A DNA stretch of 45,120 nucleotides from Nemertoderma westbladi (Eukaryota > Animalia > Xenacoelomorpha). The notes beneath the pieces are model-generated. The model ran no database searches. It was given only the letters and a program-made list of their open reading frames with translations, and was not told the origin of the DNA. Shown one piece after another: positions 13,824 to 25,300 of this stretch. Position 1 is the stretch's first letter. The number at the start of each line of letters is the position of its first letter. The translations under genes were made by a program, and so were the position numbers. The DNA lies in NCBI GenBank assembly GCA_032718475.1, contig JAUCBJ010005521.1:1-45120 (forward strand), given 5' to 3'.

Positions 13824-13903
13824 AACACATCGTACGCATTCATCTGTCCATATTTCCATATTTTCATCTGAATAAGAACTGTGGCAACGCAAACCGTAGC
13901 CAA
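13824..13903 (-). CDS. Candidate N-terminal exon of the three-finger/LU protein
   Basis: Reads (V)GYGLRCHSSYSDENMEIWTDECVRCV followed by a GTAATT donor in phase 0, compatible with the phase-0 acceptor at 6955. LRC after a small-residue cleavage site is typical of LU starts. Confidence 0.45.
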
Positions 13904-15303
13904 CTGCCACAGGTGATGTAAGAATATATAGAATATATAAAGTGTTTCATATAATTACTAATAAATACTACTTAATAAATTAATACGTAATAAATACTAT
14001 TGCTGGAAAGGTTGATATTAGCAGCTGTTTGAATTGTTTTGGATGGGAAAACGTGAGCATTCTGATCAATTAAATTTCGTTGTTGTTGTGCGTTAGACGG
14101 TCAGTGTGTCTGGTCGTAGTGAAATGTAAATTTAATAAATTGCACCAAAAAAAATATATAAAACAACAAATGTGAATATAGTTATATTTGGCATTACCAT
14201 AACATAGTAATACCATTTCATCTACATATGTTTCAAAAAAAACAAAAATTACTTTCAAATAAAACTAGCTAAATAGTCTGAGCCTGTTAAAAACGATTTC
14301 TCCAATATGAATATGAGTACCGGGTATGCACAGGATATGAGTACCGGGTATGCGGGTACCGGGTATGATTTCTCCAATATGACTACCGGGTATTCACGGC
14401 GGGAATTATCGTTAGATATGTGATAAATGTAGGAACAGTTGAAATTGTGTGTCAAAGTTTGTCGGTTTAGCGTAGTTTTCGTGTAATATTTAATAAGTTC
14501 TGGAATTTTTATTAATTATGTTTCCAAGAGATTTAGAATTGTTATTAATTTTATTTATCAAAGTTATAATTCACTTTGTTTCCAATATACAGTAGTCTGG
14601 TCCCAAATCCTGAAAATACGCCTAGAAAGTGATGGCGAAGGCAAATTTGGGTATTGGCTGGCATCCAACGGTTTTTAGCTAAATCGAGTGTGCTGATTCC
14701 GAATCCGTCTGATGCCAAGCTCAATTGTGCATTTTTGGGTCCCGTTTCACCATGGCAACAGGAGGTCATTTGCAAAACACCACTTTCTATTGACTCTACA
14801 TAATTCTAACCTTGACCTACCCCCCCCCCCCCCCCCCCCTAAACCGGCATCAGAGAATCCATTGAGGTACATTTTAGAACCCAGTTACCATGACAACTGT
14901 TCGATATACGTCTTCAAATGTCGTTTTTACTCCAAATTTAGGTGAATTTTTGCAAATATCAATAGTTTTCTAAACTATTGCCAAATACGTGTTCCCCTTG
15001 GGCTAAAATCATGAAACATTCCAAATATATTGTAAATATGAACCTCTATAATTTTAATGGTGGCGCCATAAAAATCGATTAGAAGTTGCCATGTATCCAT
15101 GGAAACTAGCAAAAAATAACCTTGTGCAATGTTTCATCACTTTACATATAGTTACTATCAGTTTAAATAGAAATCAATTTAGGGTCAATTACCTTACATG
15201 TTCATAACCCAAGACAATTATTTACCGACGCAGCTTGTCTTTTCTTATTACCATAGCAACGGGAATCATTTCGTAATATGTAGAATATCCGTCAGAAACA
15301 TGT

Positions 15304-16086
15304 CATGTGTTTCAGGTGCATAACAATATGTTATAGGGTCAACATTCATGATCACAAGCGAAGTCATTATTTCTATTGTTACCATAGCAACGGGCATATT
15401 TTATTATTTATGTATTTCCAATATCGTTATGGTATTTTATTCGCCTTAGAGGTTAATAATTTAAGGATTTTTGATATTTAAAAGAATATGGGGTCTTCTG
15501 TAGTTATTCTATTTGACAAAGTCATGTTTTATGGTCATAGCAACGGGAGTTTTCCTCCTAATACGGGAATAACTGTTGGGTTTCCCAAAATTTTTTAAAT
15601 AGTGCAGTTCAGACAAATTTTAAAATATGGGACGTATACCAAATCACTAAAATATATTTTAATTTACTTTATTTTCTTAGCAACGAAAGTTTACCATAGC
15701 AACCGGGGGTTTTTCATAAGAACATTTTTGCATAGGTTTTAAATAAGAGAAGCGTTATCTGTAGTGATGGCATGTTTTGTATAACAATGATAATTTTTGC
15801 ATAGCAACGGCTACTTTAGCTTAGCAACGACGTTTTTTCATTGTAACAGCGGTCTTTTCACTACAAAAACATATTTTATACAGAACATAAAAGGTGAGTT
15901 TTACAGTGGCAATCAACTATGTATTTGTTTTTTCCATAGCAACGGTAAGTTAATCCTAAGCAACGGCGACGTTTGTATAGTAATGACGAGTTTACCTTAG
16001 CAACGGAATGTTTTTACATGGTAACAACTAGTTTTCAAGGAATCCCAAGTAGTAACACCACCTTGTGACGAGTTTTCTATAGCAAC
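15304..16086. repeat. Left long inverted arm of the Academ-like element, rich in CCATAGCAAC motifs (may extend to ~14593)
   Basis: Reverse complement of 33197-34004 at high identity; similar motifs continue leftwards to ~14750. Confidence 0.85.
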
Positions 16087-16393
16087 TAGATACTAGATCA
16101 CGAGATAATCTTTTATAAATTTTGTGCGCTGGAATATAACGTGGCTTCTTTGAAGTCCCAGACTTCAGCCATAACTGGGCACATGTCATTTTACTGTAGT
16201 GGGCTTTGAGTAACACAAGAACATCTGTATCTCTAGACGATTCCACTATAGAATCTGCATCAATGTTCAGGCAGTGCAATACTATACGAGTGTCTACCTC
16301 TTAATCATTTCCTTGCAGTGAAGATACTTCTAAATCTCTATCAGATGATCTGTGATAATTATATCACGAAGACCTCCTGCTACTACAAGTACC
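16087..16393 (-). pseudogene. Academ-type XPG/PIN-like nuclease fragment (downstream half)
   Basis: VLVVAGG...LQGND*EVDTRIVLHC...SRDTDVLVLL...LWLKSGT...RYIPAHKI corresponds to the (H)EEADT / S.DTDV motifs; contains stops and a frameshift. Confidence 0.7.
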
Positions 16394-16610
16394 GGTAATG
16401 GTGAAAAATATCGAGACTTGAAAAATATCGAGAGTAAAAATAACGAGAGTAAAAATATCGAGAGTAAAAATAACGAGTGTTGAAAATTAACGTGATTAAA
16501 AAATATCGAGAGTAAAAATAACGCGAGATGAAAAATATCGAAAATAACGAGTGTTGAAAAATATCGAGTGTTGAAAAATATCGAGAGTAAAAATATCGAG
16601 TGTTGAAAAA

Positions 16611-18315
16611 TGTTGCCGTTATCCCGACACCAGGGGGGAAAAACGCCGATGCTGGAGGCGGGGCTTTACAGACCACGGAGTCCCGGCCAGTCACCGGATA
16701 TTGATTGCGGAGAAGGAGGAATTTCTTAGATGCAGGATTGCGGTTAAGGAAAAGTTGCATTGGTTGGATATACTCTTTAATGTAACTTCCTATAGTTGAA
16801 CCCTGATTGAGAATTAATTGGGCTTCCCCAAATCAATATACACCAAATATTCACAATAATTATACACGACAATATAAATCCCTACAGTATATTATTTAAT
16901 TACCCACTGTTCGCTCAGATTTTAGCCTAACTAATGTTCCCCAGATTTTCCCTCGGTCCTAGTCTTGATGCCATAGTGTCGGTGTCGGTCGACCCTATCG
17001 CGTGTCCGTTCCACCCCTCCCGAACCCCGAAGGGATCGATCATCGAGAACCAGCACGGCTTGGCTAAGGGTCGGTCCAGTCGGTAGACTCTGTCGCGTAT
17101 CCGTACCACCCCTCTCGAACCCCGAAGGGATCGGTCATCGAGAACCAGTACGGCTTGGCTAGGAGTCTGTTGTGTCGGTGGACCCGTTCGTGTGTCCGTC
17201 CCACCCCTCCCGAACCCCGAAGGGTTCGATCATCGAGAACCAGTACGGCTTGGCTAGGGGTCCGTCGGTTCATCGCAGAAACCCAACCACCTAGGCTTTC
17301 CGAGTCCTTATTCAGGCTCGTAGTCGCTTCGGTGGCCAAGAAACTACTCCGAACAGTCGGTAGGCCAGTAGAGTCCAGTCCTTTGTCTTTCGACCCCATC
17401 GCGTGTCCGTCCCACCCCTCGCGAACCCCGAAGGGATCGGTCATCGAGAACCAGTACGGCTTGGCTAAGGGGTCTGTCGTCGGTTCCCGTCGCAAATCCC
17501 TGGTACAAGCAGCCGGCGTTCCGATGTCCTTTTCAGGCTCGTAATAACTGCTGTTGACCAGAGACCGCTAAGGGCAGTCCTCGTCAAACCCTTCCTCTGT
17601 AAGTCGGCCGCCCTTTCGCGTGTCCGTCCCACCCCTCGCGAACCCCGAAGGGATCGGTCATCGAGAACCAGTACGGCTTGGCTAAGGGGGCTGTCGTTTC
17701 CCGTCGCAAATCCCTGACGCAAGCAGCCGGTGTTCCGATGTCCTTTTCAGGCTCGTAATAACTGCTGTTGGCCAGGGACCGCTAAGGGCAGTCCTCGTCA
17801 AACCCTTCCTCTGTAAGTCGGCCGCCCTTTCGCGTGTCCATCCCACCCCTCGCGAACCCCGAAGGGATCAGTCATCGAGAACCAGTACGGCTTGGCTAAG
17901 GGGGCTGTCGTTTCCCGTCGCAAATCCCTGACGCAAGCAGCCGGCGTTCCGATGTCCTTTTCAGGCTCGTAATAACTGCTGTTGGCCAGGGACCGCTAAG
18001 GGCAGTCCTTGTCCTTTAGGCCTGGCGCGTTACCAAATCCACCTCTACAGGCAGCAGGAAGTTGGCCAGGGCCTAATAGTACTCAGGCTAACCTGAATAC
18101 TGCTTAATTTTGTCTCCCACCCCTGGCCCTTATAAACATGAAATTATTCCCGTACACTGTAAGTCGCCCCAATGTTCGCCCATAAATCGCCCCCAGTTCA
18201 TTGAGTGTGCCCAAAACCCATGGTCCCGCACCCAGTAGTGATATCGGAATAATCATTTTAAATAAATACAAAAAATATTCAACTCGCGTTATGAAAAGTT
18301 GAAATACCGCGAACA
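16611..18315 (-). repeat. 3' LTR (1705 bp)
   Basis: TGTTGCCG...CGCGAACA; direct repeat of 29420-31122 at ~98-99% identity by eye. Confidence 0.97.
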
Positions 18316-18317
18316 GT

Positions 18318-18332
18318 CCCCCCCCCCCCCCA
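18318..18332 (-). other. Polypurine tract
   Basis: Poly-G run on the minus strand, 2 nt before the 3' LTR. Confidence 0.85.
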
Positions 18333-18500
18333 ATGACCTTCGTGAGGTCTATCGGTAGATTGAGTTTGTGTAGGTCATTCCCAATATAAAAAACCCAAAT
18401 TTAATATTGCATAGTCTTGATTAATTTGGCCTAGAGTTTATATATATATATATGTATAAAAATAAATGTTCAATAAATGTTCCTGGAATATCCCGATCCA

Positions 18501-21101
18501 CTATTTCTTTCTCTGATACGCCTTTCTCCTCTTCGCCCGTCGACTCTCATCGATCGCTATAGCTGGTAGAGGAGCGTCAACATCCATCGTGAGCAGCGCT
18601 TCGGCTTGTCTCCTGGTGGCTTTTCCTTTCGATGGCAACGGGATCATATCGGTTCGTCGTTCCAACTCGGAGTTGCGAGCCTCAAGGAACCACTCTCCGT
18701 CACCGAACTCCTCTTTATACGAGTATAAGCGTCTAAGGACTTCGAATGGGCCGAATAATCCGGCGCTCAGCAACAGATCCACGTAGTGGAAAGGTAGCGT
18801 TGCCGTCGTATGGAGGCGCTCCGGGAAGGAAAAATACCCGCACGCCATCTCCTGCGCGATATTCCGAGCGTTTCTCCGAACCTTGGTCTTTATGTGGCTG
18901 TTTGCGTATGTTTCAAACATGACCATATTTCCCATAGCGGTAACGTCTTTGGTAGGACATTTGATATAGCAGCGGGGGCTAGAGGAATGTCCACGGAAAC
19001 CGCACGTGGTGCAGAGGTTATATAGGATCAGACAGACGGAAACGTCGTGGCCCGATGTCGCGCAGTATGGGCAATAGAGTATCCCGAGGAGCTGGAGGCA
19101 CGAATCGGTAACCCGATTCCTTCTACCGCGTGGGCACTGCTCCAAACCACAGTCACCGCACACCTCCAACTGCATCTCTCGACCGGGAAATATCGGAATC
19201 GGGACGCCGACGTAATACTCGAGTCGTCGGTCGCTCTTCTGAATATTTGCGGTGGTCGGTAGCCCGCGGAAGGCTGGGCTTTTGCGTAGTAGGTCCTCGC
19301 TTCGATAACCTTCTTTGTGTCCCGTCGGTCTCAACTCAGACGACCGTTTCTGGCGGTGGATCCATTCGGTTTGCTCGGCTTACCAACAGGTTAGTCGCAT
19401 AGGATCCTGAGGAACGGAGGGTGTGGTAGCCACCGCTGGTCGGCGAAGAGGTGCCGGGGTATTCGACGGAGGGATTCCGAGGAGATTGTCGGGAGTCGGC
19501 GCAGCACTGGGGCCCTTCTCGACCAATATCGCTGAGTGGGTCCATTGATTGCTGGTACTCGGAATCTCCGACGACCAGTCTTCGCCACCCGGGAAAGGAT
19601 ACGGGGATAACCTTTGGCACGTATCGCCGAAGTCGTTTAACGCGAAGGTAGTAACTAACTCCCTCGCAGGGCTACCGAAGCCGAGTGGTGAGGAAACGCC
19701 CGCTTCCGTCGCCGGTTCGGTGGAGGCAACCCGTTTGGCTGCCGGTTGGTAAGCGGCCTCCGGCTCGAGTTGTCGCTTCGGGGTGGAGAGTAGAACACCC
19801 TCATGTAGCCATAGTTCTTCCCCTTCCGAAGAAATCAGAGGCTCCTCCGCACCGAGAAGATCGGTAATCGTAGGGATGTCGTAAGGTCCGCTCTCGTCCC
19901 AGGAATCGATAACGGCGAGCGTTTTCGTCTCTCCCGGTGTGATGTTCTCAACCGCTTTGAACGCGTGGTTTATAACCTCGTTCCAGTCGTAGTCGACGAA
20001 GGAAAGAGGAACCGCCGTAATGAGGTTATCGAGAGTTTTACAGATAAACTTAGCGACGGTGTAGCACTCCATAACGACGTAGATGTAGTTCCGTCGATCG
20101 GGATTCTCCCACCTTTGGTGTATCGTCCACTTCCGGTCAACGTCCTTCCATCGACCCTCTCGCTCGCTCTTTATTTCTAATCCCGGGTATCCACCATATA
20201 TTTTATTATAATCCCGGAATTTCTGGGGTTTGAAGTCGATGCCGCCATTTAGCACAGCGAGGTAGCCGATCCCGGATTTCGTCGGTCTCACCTCTCGGAA
20301 TCCTCGCATGAACTCAGCGAATCGTAACCAGGCTAATAGCGTTTGAGTGTCGACGCAATGGCTAAGGGCGTTGAGGTCGTCTCATCGGTTTCTTCCTGAA
20401 GGAGCGTTCGCGTAGTCGTTCCGGACGTCCGCCTTTATATCCGACCCGATTTTAATGACGTCGAAGTCGAAGAGGATCTTTTGGATTTCCGGAGGTAGCA
20501 ACCAGATCGCTCCGGCTGCCTGCACTTCCTGTCTGGGTGTCGGAAATATTCGACATACCAATACCAAACCGTCCAGGGTTCCGAGGACGACGACCAAGGA
20601 TCGACCGTATTCTTTCGCCCCGTATTTTTCTTGGTAGTCGTCGCGATTCTGGATGGTCGATATACGTTCCTCTCGAAGCATCGCCGTACACTCCGACAGG
20701 TTTCCCCAGTGGGCGAGGTACGTACTCTTGTCGTCGACGAAACTTTGACATCTCGCCAACGTAATCGCTTTCGAGGTGGGCGTCGCGTTTCCCTCGTTGT
20801 CGTAGATCAAACATCGGGATCTGTAGACGCTTAGCCGGAACGTTTCCCAATACGACAACTCATCCCCTCCGGTAGCCTTTGCGTTCCGAGTTCTTTTCAG
20901 TCTCGTACTAGCATCGGCTAACCGGAGGGCTCGTAGATTCCGGGAATCCGGTCCCTCTCGCCCGGTGAATTTAACGACTCGCACGTTCTCATTTATCAGG
21001 GCGTTCCAATTCGTATCAAAGTTAGGGGATCCAGGTTGCGGATATTCCAGTAGATCTATCGTATTACGTAATTCGCCGATAATTTGGCGATTTGGGTCCA
21101 T
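18501..21101 (-). pseudogene. Extra ORF (ORF3) of the BEL/Pao element: DEDDy/WRN-like 3'-5' exonuclease fold + Pro/Ser/Thr-rich linker + CCHC zinc knuckles; ~866 codons, two in-frame stops
   Basis: ORFs 21101-20382, 20309-19380 and 19334-18501 share one frame, and the linking segments are open. Motifs LPPEIQKILFDFDVIKIGSDIKAD, CVDTQTL, W...YVVMECY, CPYCATSGHDVSVC and CTTCGFRGHSSSPRC. Confidence 0.7.
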
Positions 21102-21658
21102 ATTTACAATTATGTCCGTTGCAAATTATATCAGTTAATTATAAATCCAGAAAGTCTGAAACTATAGTGATTGCAGAATAATTCAGTTTTATTTTTAGTT
21201 CAGTTTATTAATAACATTGCTATATAGGCATCTATCATCTTATTGCTAATACATTAAGCATTTACAGTTACTATAGCTATACATTTAATATCCAACCAGT
21301 TTTTTTTTACTTTTTTTTGTCCTCTTCTTTTTTCCAATTCTTTTCTTTATACTTTTTTTTGTCTTTTTTCATTTCTCATTATTATTTCATTTCACATTTC
21401 ATTTATTTTAACATATTTCAACACATTTATTTCCACCATTTATTTTACATTTCATTTATTTCCACATCATCATTGGGGTTATAGCCCCCCGGCTATCATC
21501 ATTGGTTATAAGCGCAGCACCAGGGTGCGCATCATTTCATTTTCATCATCATATGCATCATCATTCAGGTTTATAGTAGAGTTGTCTGATTCTTTTCATC
21601 ATTTCCAACTACATTCAATCATCTTCTTTGGGAAATTTTCGTTGTGGAAGGGGTATTA

Positions 21659-22070
21659 CGCGGCAATCTGGGATCTACAGCTGGGCTAGTTACACCGCCT
21701 ACGCCCCAAACTGCGCACGTAACGGACAATGAAGGCGCTATAAGTGAAGTCACGTGGATGCACCAGGGACCCACCAGAATAACACTCCCAGCAACATAAA
21801 GCTCAGTCGACGAAGTCATGTGGGATAGGGTTACACAACATTCTGGGATCTACAGCTGGTCTAGTTACACCGCCTGCACCCCAAAATCCACGCAACGGTC
21901 CCACCAGAATAACGCGACTGAGAAACATAAAACCCTCTATCGTCGAAGTCATGTGGATGCACCATGGACCCACCAGAATAACGGGATAGAGGGGGTGTTG
22001 CGCGGCAATCCGGGATCTACAGCTGGACTAGTTACACCGCCTACGCCCCGAACTGCGCACGCAACGGACA
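21659..22070. repeat. Internal direct repeats between pol and ORF3
   Basis: CGCGGCAATC.GGGATCTACAGCTGG.CTAGTTACACCGCCT at 21659 and 22001, with a partial copy at ~21845. Confidence 0.75.
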
Positions 22071-22343
22071 ACATAACATACTACAATGGATACAATGAAT
22101 TCCACTTCAAATCTTTTCCATTTCCAATAATCCAATGGCGTTGGTCCCGATGACCTAATTCAGGGTAAACAATACATAAACGACCCTGCGTCAGTCGAAA
22201 CATCTGCAGGGTGACGCTGGACTCCACATAACACACGAGGAAACACAAATACCATTGCGTGGTTACAGTTGGTTTAAGGGGGGTCCATTTTCATTGTCGA
22301 TAAATCACAGTTTAAAAGAGTTTGTCAACAGGATGAGAAGGGT

Positions 22344-25300
22344 TTACACGGGTTTGTAATTGTCACCAATGTCTGCAGCAGGATCCTGAGTAGGGAACTT
22401 ATCACCTCTCGTAGTGTCACCGCTGTCATTGCCTTCGAGAAGGCACAGCCTCTGGATAGGGCGTTGGTAGTGGCCCTTTTTATAATTGTCACCAATGTCC
22501 GCAGCAGGATCTTGAGTAGGGAACTTATCACCTCTCGTAGAGTCACCGCTGTCATTGCCTTCAAGAATGCACAGCCTCTGGATAGGGCGTTGGTAGTGGC
22601 CCTTTGCCATTCGTATCGTCACAGTCCTCGCAAGTCCGTCTTTGCTCGGTTGTATTGCCACGACTCGCGTCACAGGCCAGTGGACGCGGTCTTTAAGGTC
22701 TTCTTTTACTAGTACCATGTCGCCAACTTCGACATTCCTGTAGGTGTGGTTCCACTTCCTCCTGGTCCGGAGGGTTATGAGGTACTCCTGGGCCCAGATT
22801 CTCCACCAATGCGCTGCCAACGCTTGGGCCTTCTTCCAGTTTGTATGTCTCGCGATATCGTTGGGATCCGGAAACATTGTCTCTGGGAGAACATGAGTTT
22901 TAGGTCTCCCCAGTAGGTGGTTAGGAGTAAGGGGCTCCAGGTCTGTGGGGTCGTCGCGGATAGGGACAATGGGTCGGTTGTTCAGGGTAGCCGTGATCTC
23001 GCAGAATGTTGTGCGGAGGGTGTCATGGGTTACCCGGGCGTCTCCTAGAGCGACGCGCATGGATCGTTTCACTAGGTCGATCAGTTTCTCCCATACCCCG
23101 CTCGTATGGGGTGCTAATGGGGTCTGGAAGTGCCACTGTATCTGGTGTTACTTCCAGACTTGGGATGCGGTGTTATCGGTAAACCATCCCTCGATCGCCT
23201 CTCTAAGTTCTCTTTCTCCTCCCACAAAGTTTGTGCCATTATCGGAATACATGTGATGACAATGTCCCATTGCTCGCCACAAACCAACGCAGAGCGTTGA
23301 TGAATGCATGTTGCGTAAGGTTCACCACAATGTCTAGGTAGATTGCCCTAGACCTAAGGCACGTAAATATGGCCCCCCAGCATTTGATGTTGGATCGTTG
23401 TTCGATGACCGTAAACGGTCCGAAACAGTCCACTCCGGTGACGTAGAACGGTGGGGAATCGGGCTGTAGACGGGTGGCTGGTAAGTTGGCCATCTTTTGT
23501 GTGAGTGGTGGCGCTAGATATCTTCTGCAGGTAAAGCAACGTTTCAACACTTTCCGGATCAGTGGCTGGATGTGTGTGATCCAATATCTTTGTCTTATAT
23601 TAGCTATAATCCAGTTTTGTCCTGCGTGATGGTTTTCCTCGTGACATTGTTGAATTAATAGCTTGGCTAGTGTCGAAGTTCCGGGCAGGAGCGCCGGGTA
23701 TTTAACCTCATATTCGACCGGGGCGTTTGCCATCCGGGTATTCAGTCGGATCAGTCCGTCCTCTCCCATCATTGGTCTCAGTTGGTAGACTGGGCTATCC
23801 GGTTTCAAGGTCTTGCCCGCACTGAGTTGTTCCCACTCATCGGGGAAACTTTCTCTCTGGACATATCCAACGATACACTTCTCCGCGATAATGAGTTCTT
23901 GTATACTCCGTTGAACTATCGGCTTGTTGTCTTTCCACCGTAGGAAGTTGCGAAGGGTTATAATGTGGTGGATGAGCCGTCTCATTGATGAAGTTCGCTC
24001 GATCAACAGATGTAAAGACGCCGCTGGTTGAATGATCGTCGCAACGTTATAGTGCCTGCCCGAGTCCTTTGCAGGCTCAGTCAGACAACTATAAATTTCC
24101 ACTGCGTTGCTTCTATGGACTTTACGGATCTCTTTATCGTCCTCGGAGTATTTTCCGCTATCGAGTTCAGGGTCGAATTGGGTACTCCATGTTAATTGTG
24201 GCTGCTGTAGGAATTCCGGGCCTGTAAGCCAGAGTTTACTTTTACCGAGTTGTTTTGGGGTGGCGCCTCGGCTTGATATGTCCGCTGGATTTTCTTTCCC
24301 GTTTACGTGGTGCCACTGTTCTCGGCCGGTACACTGTTTTATCTCCGTGGCTCGGTTCGCTACAAACGTAGTGTGACGTCGGGATGGAGAGTGGAGATAG
24401 TAGAGAACGATACTCGAATCGACCCAGAAGTGTTGAGATTCGATGGGGATTCGTAGGTTCTGCATGACCATGCGGTTCTGTCTCACTGCCCAAACTGCAG
24501 CCTGTAGCTCGAGTCTTGGAATCGTTGCTACGAATTCCCCGGATACTGTCTTAGCTTTAGAAAATAAAAAGCTCGTATCGCCGTTTCCGTCATTGCTTAG
24601 TCTTCGTAAGAAGGTGACTACGCCGATTCCGGTATTGAAGCATCCGAGAAGGTATGGAGCTGGAAGATATCGGTGGGTAGTTTGTCGAGGAAGAACGGTC
24701 GAGGGATCCGCATAAGATGTAGGTGTTCGAGCTGGTCCGTCCATTTTCTCCATTTGACGCTGAGGTGTGGGGGGAGTTCTTCATCCCATCCCAGTCCTTC
24801 TATCCACATTTCTTTAATCAGGTTCATTCCAGCCAAGGTTACCGGAGATATGAAATTTAGTGGGTCAAAGATTGCGCTTTTTATCGACAAACATCCCCTT
24901 TTCGTCATAGGCTTGGGTAGGGGTTTATATTTGAAAATAAATTTGTCTGATTCTATGTCCCATTCAATACCGAGTACACGGTGTTCCACATCCTCCGAGT
25001 ACATTTTGTTATTGTCCAGTCGGATGTCCTCCGGAAACTTTTCCATAAGTTTCTTGTCGTGGGATCTGAACTTCACGAGAGGGAAACCTCCTTTCTTTAA
25101 ACATTCTACCATCCCCATTGCTAGCTGATATGCCTCGTCCACATTATCTGCGCCGGCGCATCCATCATCCACGTAGAAGCATCGTCGGATGGTTTCTATG
25201 ACAGTAGGAGGGAACTCGTTTTCGCACATGGTTGCCGTCTTTTTCAGCATGTCACTACATGCTACCGGCGAGTCCTTAGTGCCGAAGATCCTGACGATCA

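Noticed and set aside
16999-17910. LTR modules as hammerhead ribozymes or a CRISPR-like repeat-spacer array
   Set aside because: The sense strand has CUCGAUGA rather than CUGAUGA and no GAAA directly after the stem. The linkers are mutually related, not unique spacers.
18501-21101. env gene or nanos homolog
   Set aside because: No evident signal peptide, TM segment or fusion-protein Cys pattern. Knuckle spacing is retroviral-type CCHC, not the Nanos spacing.
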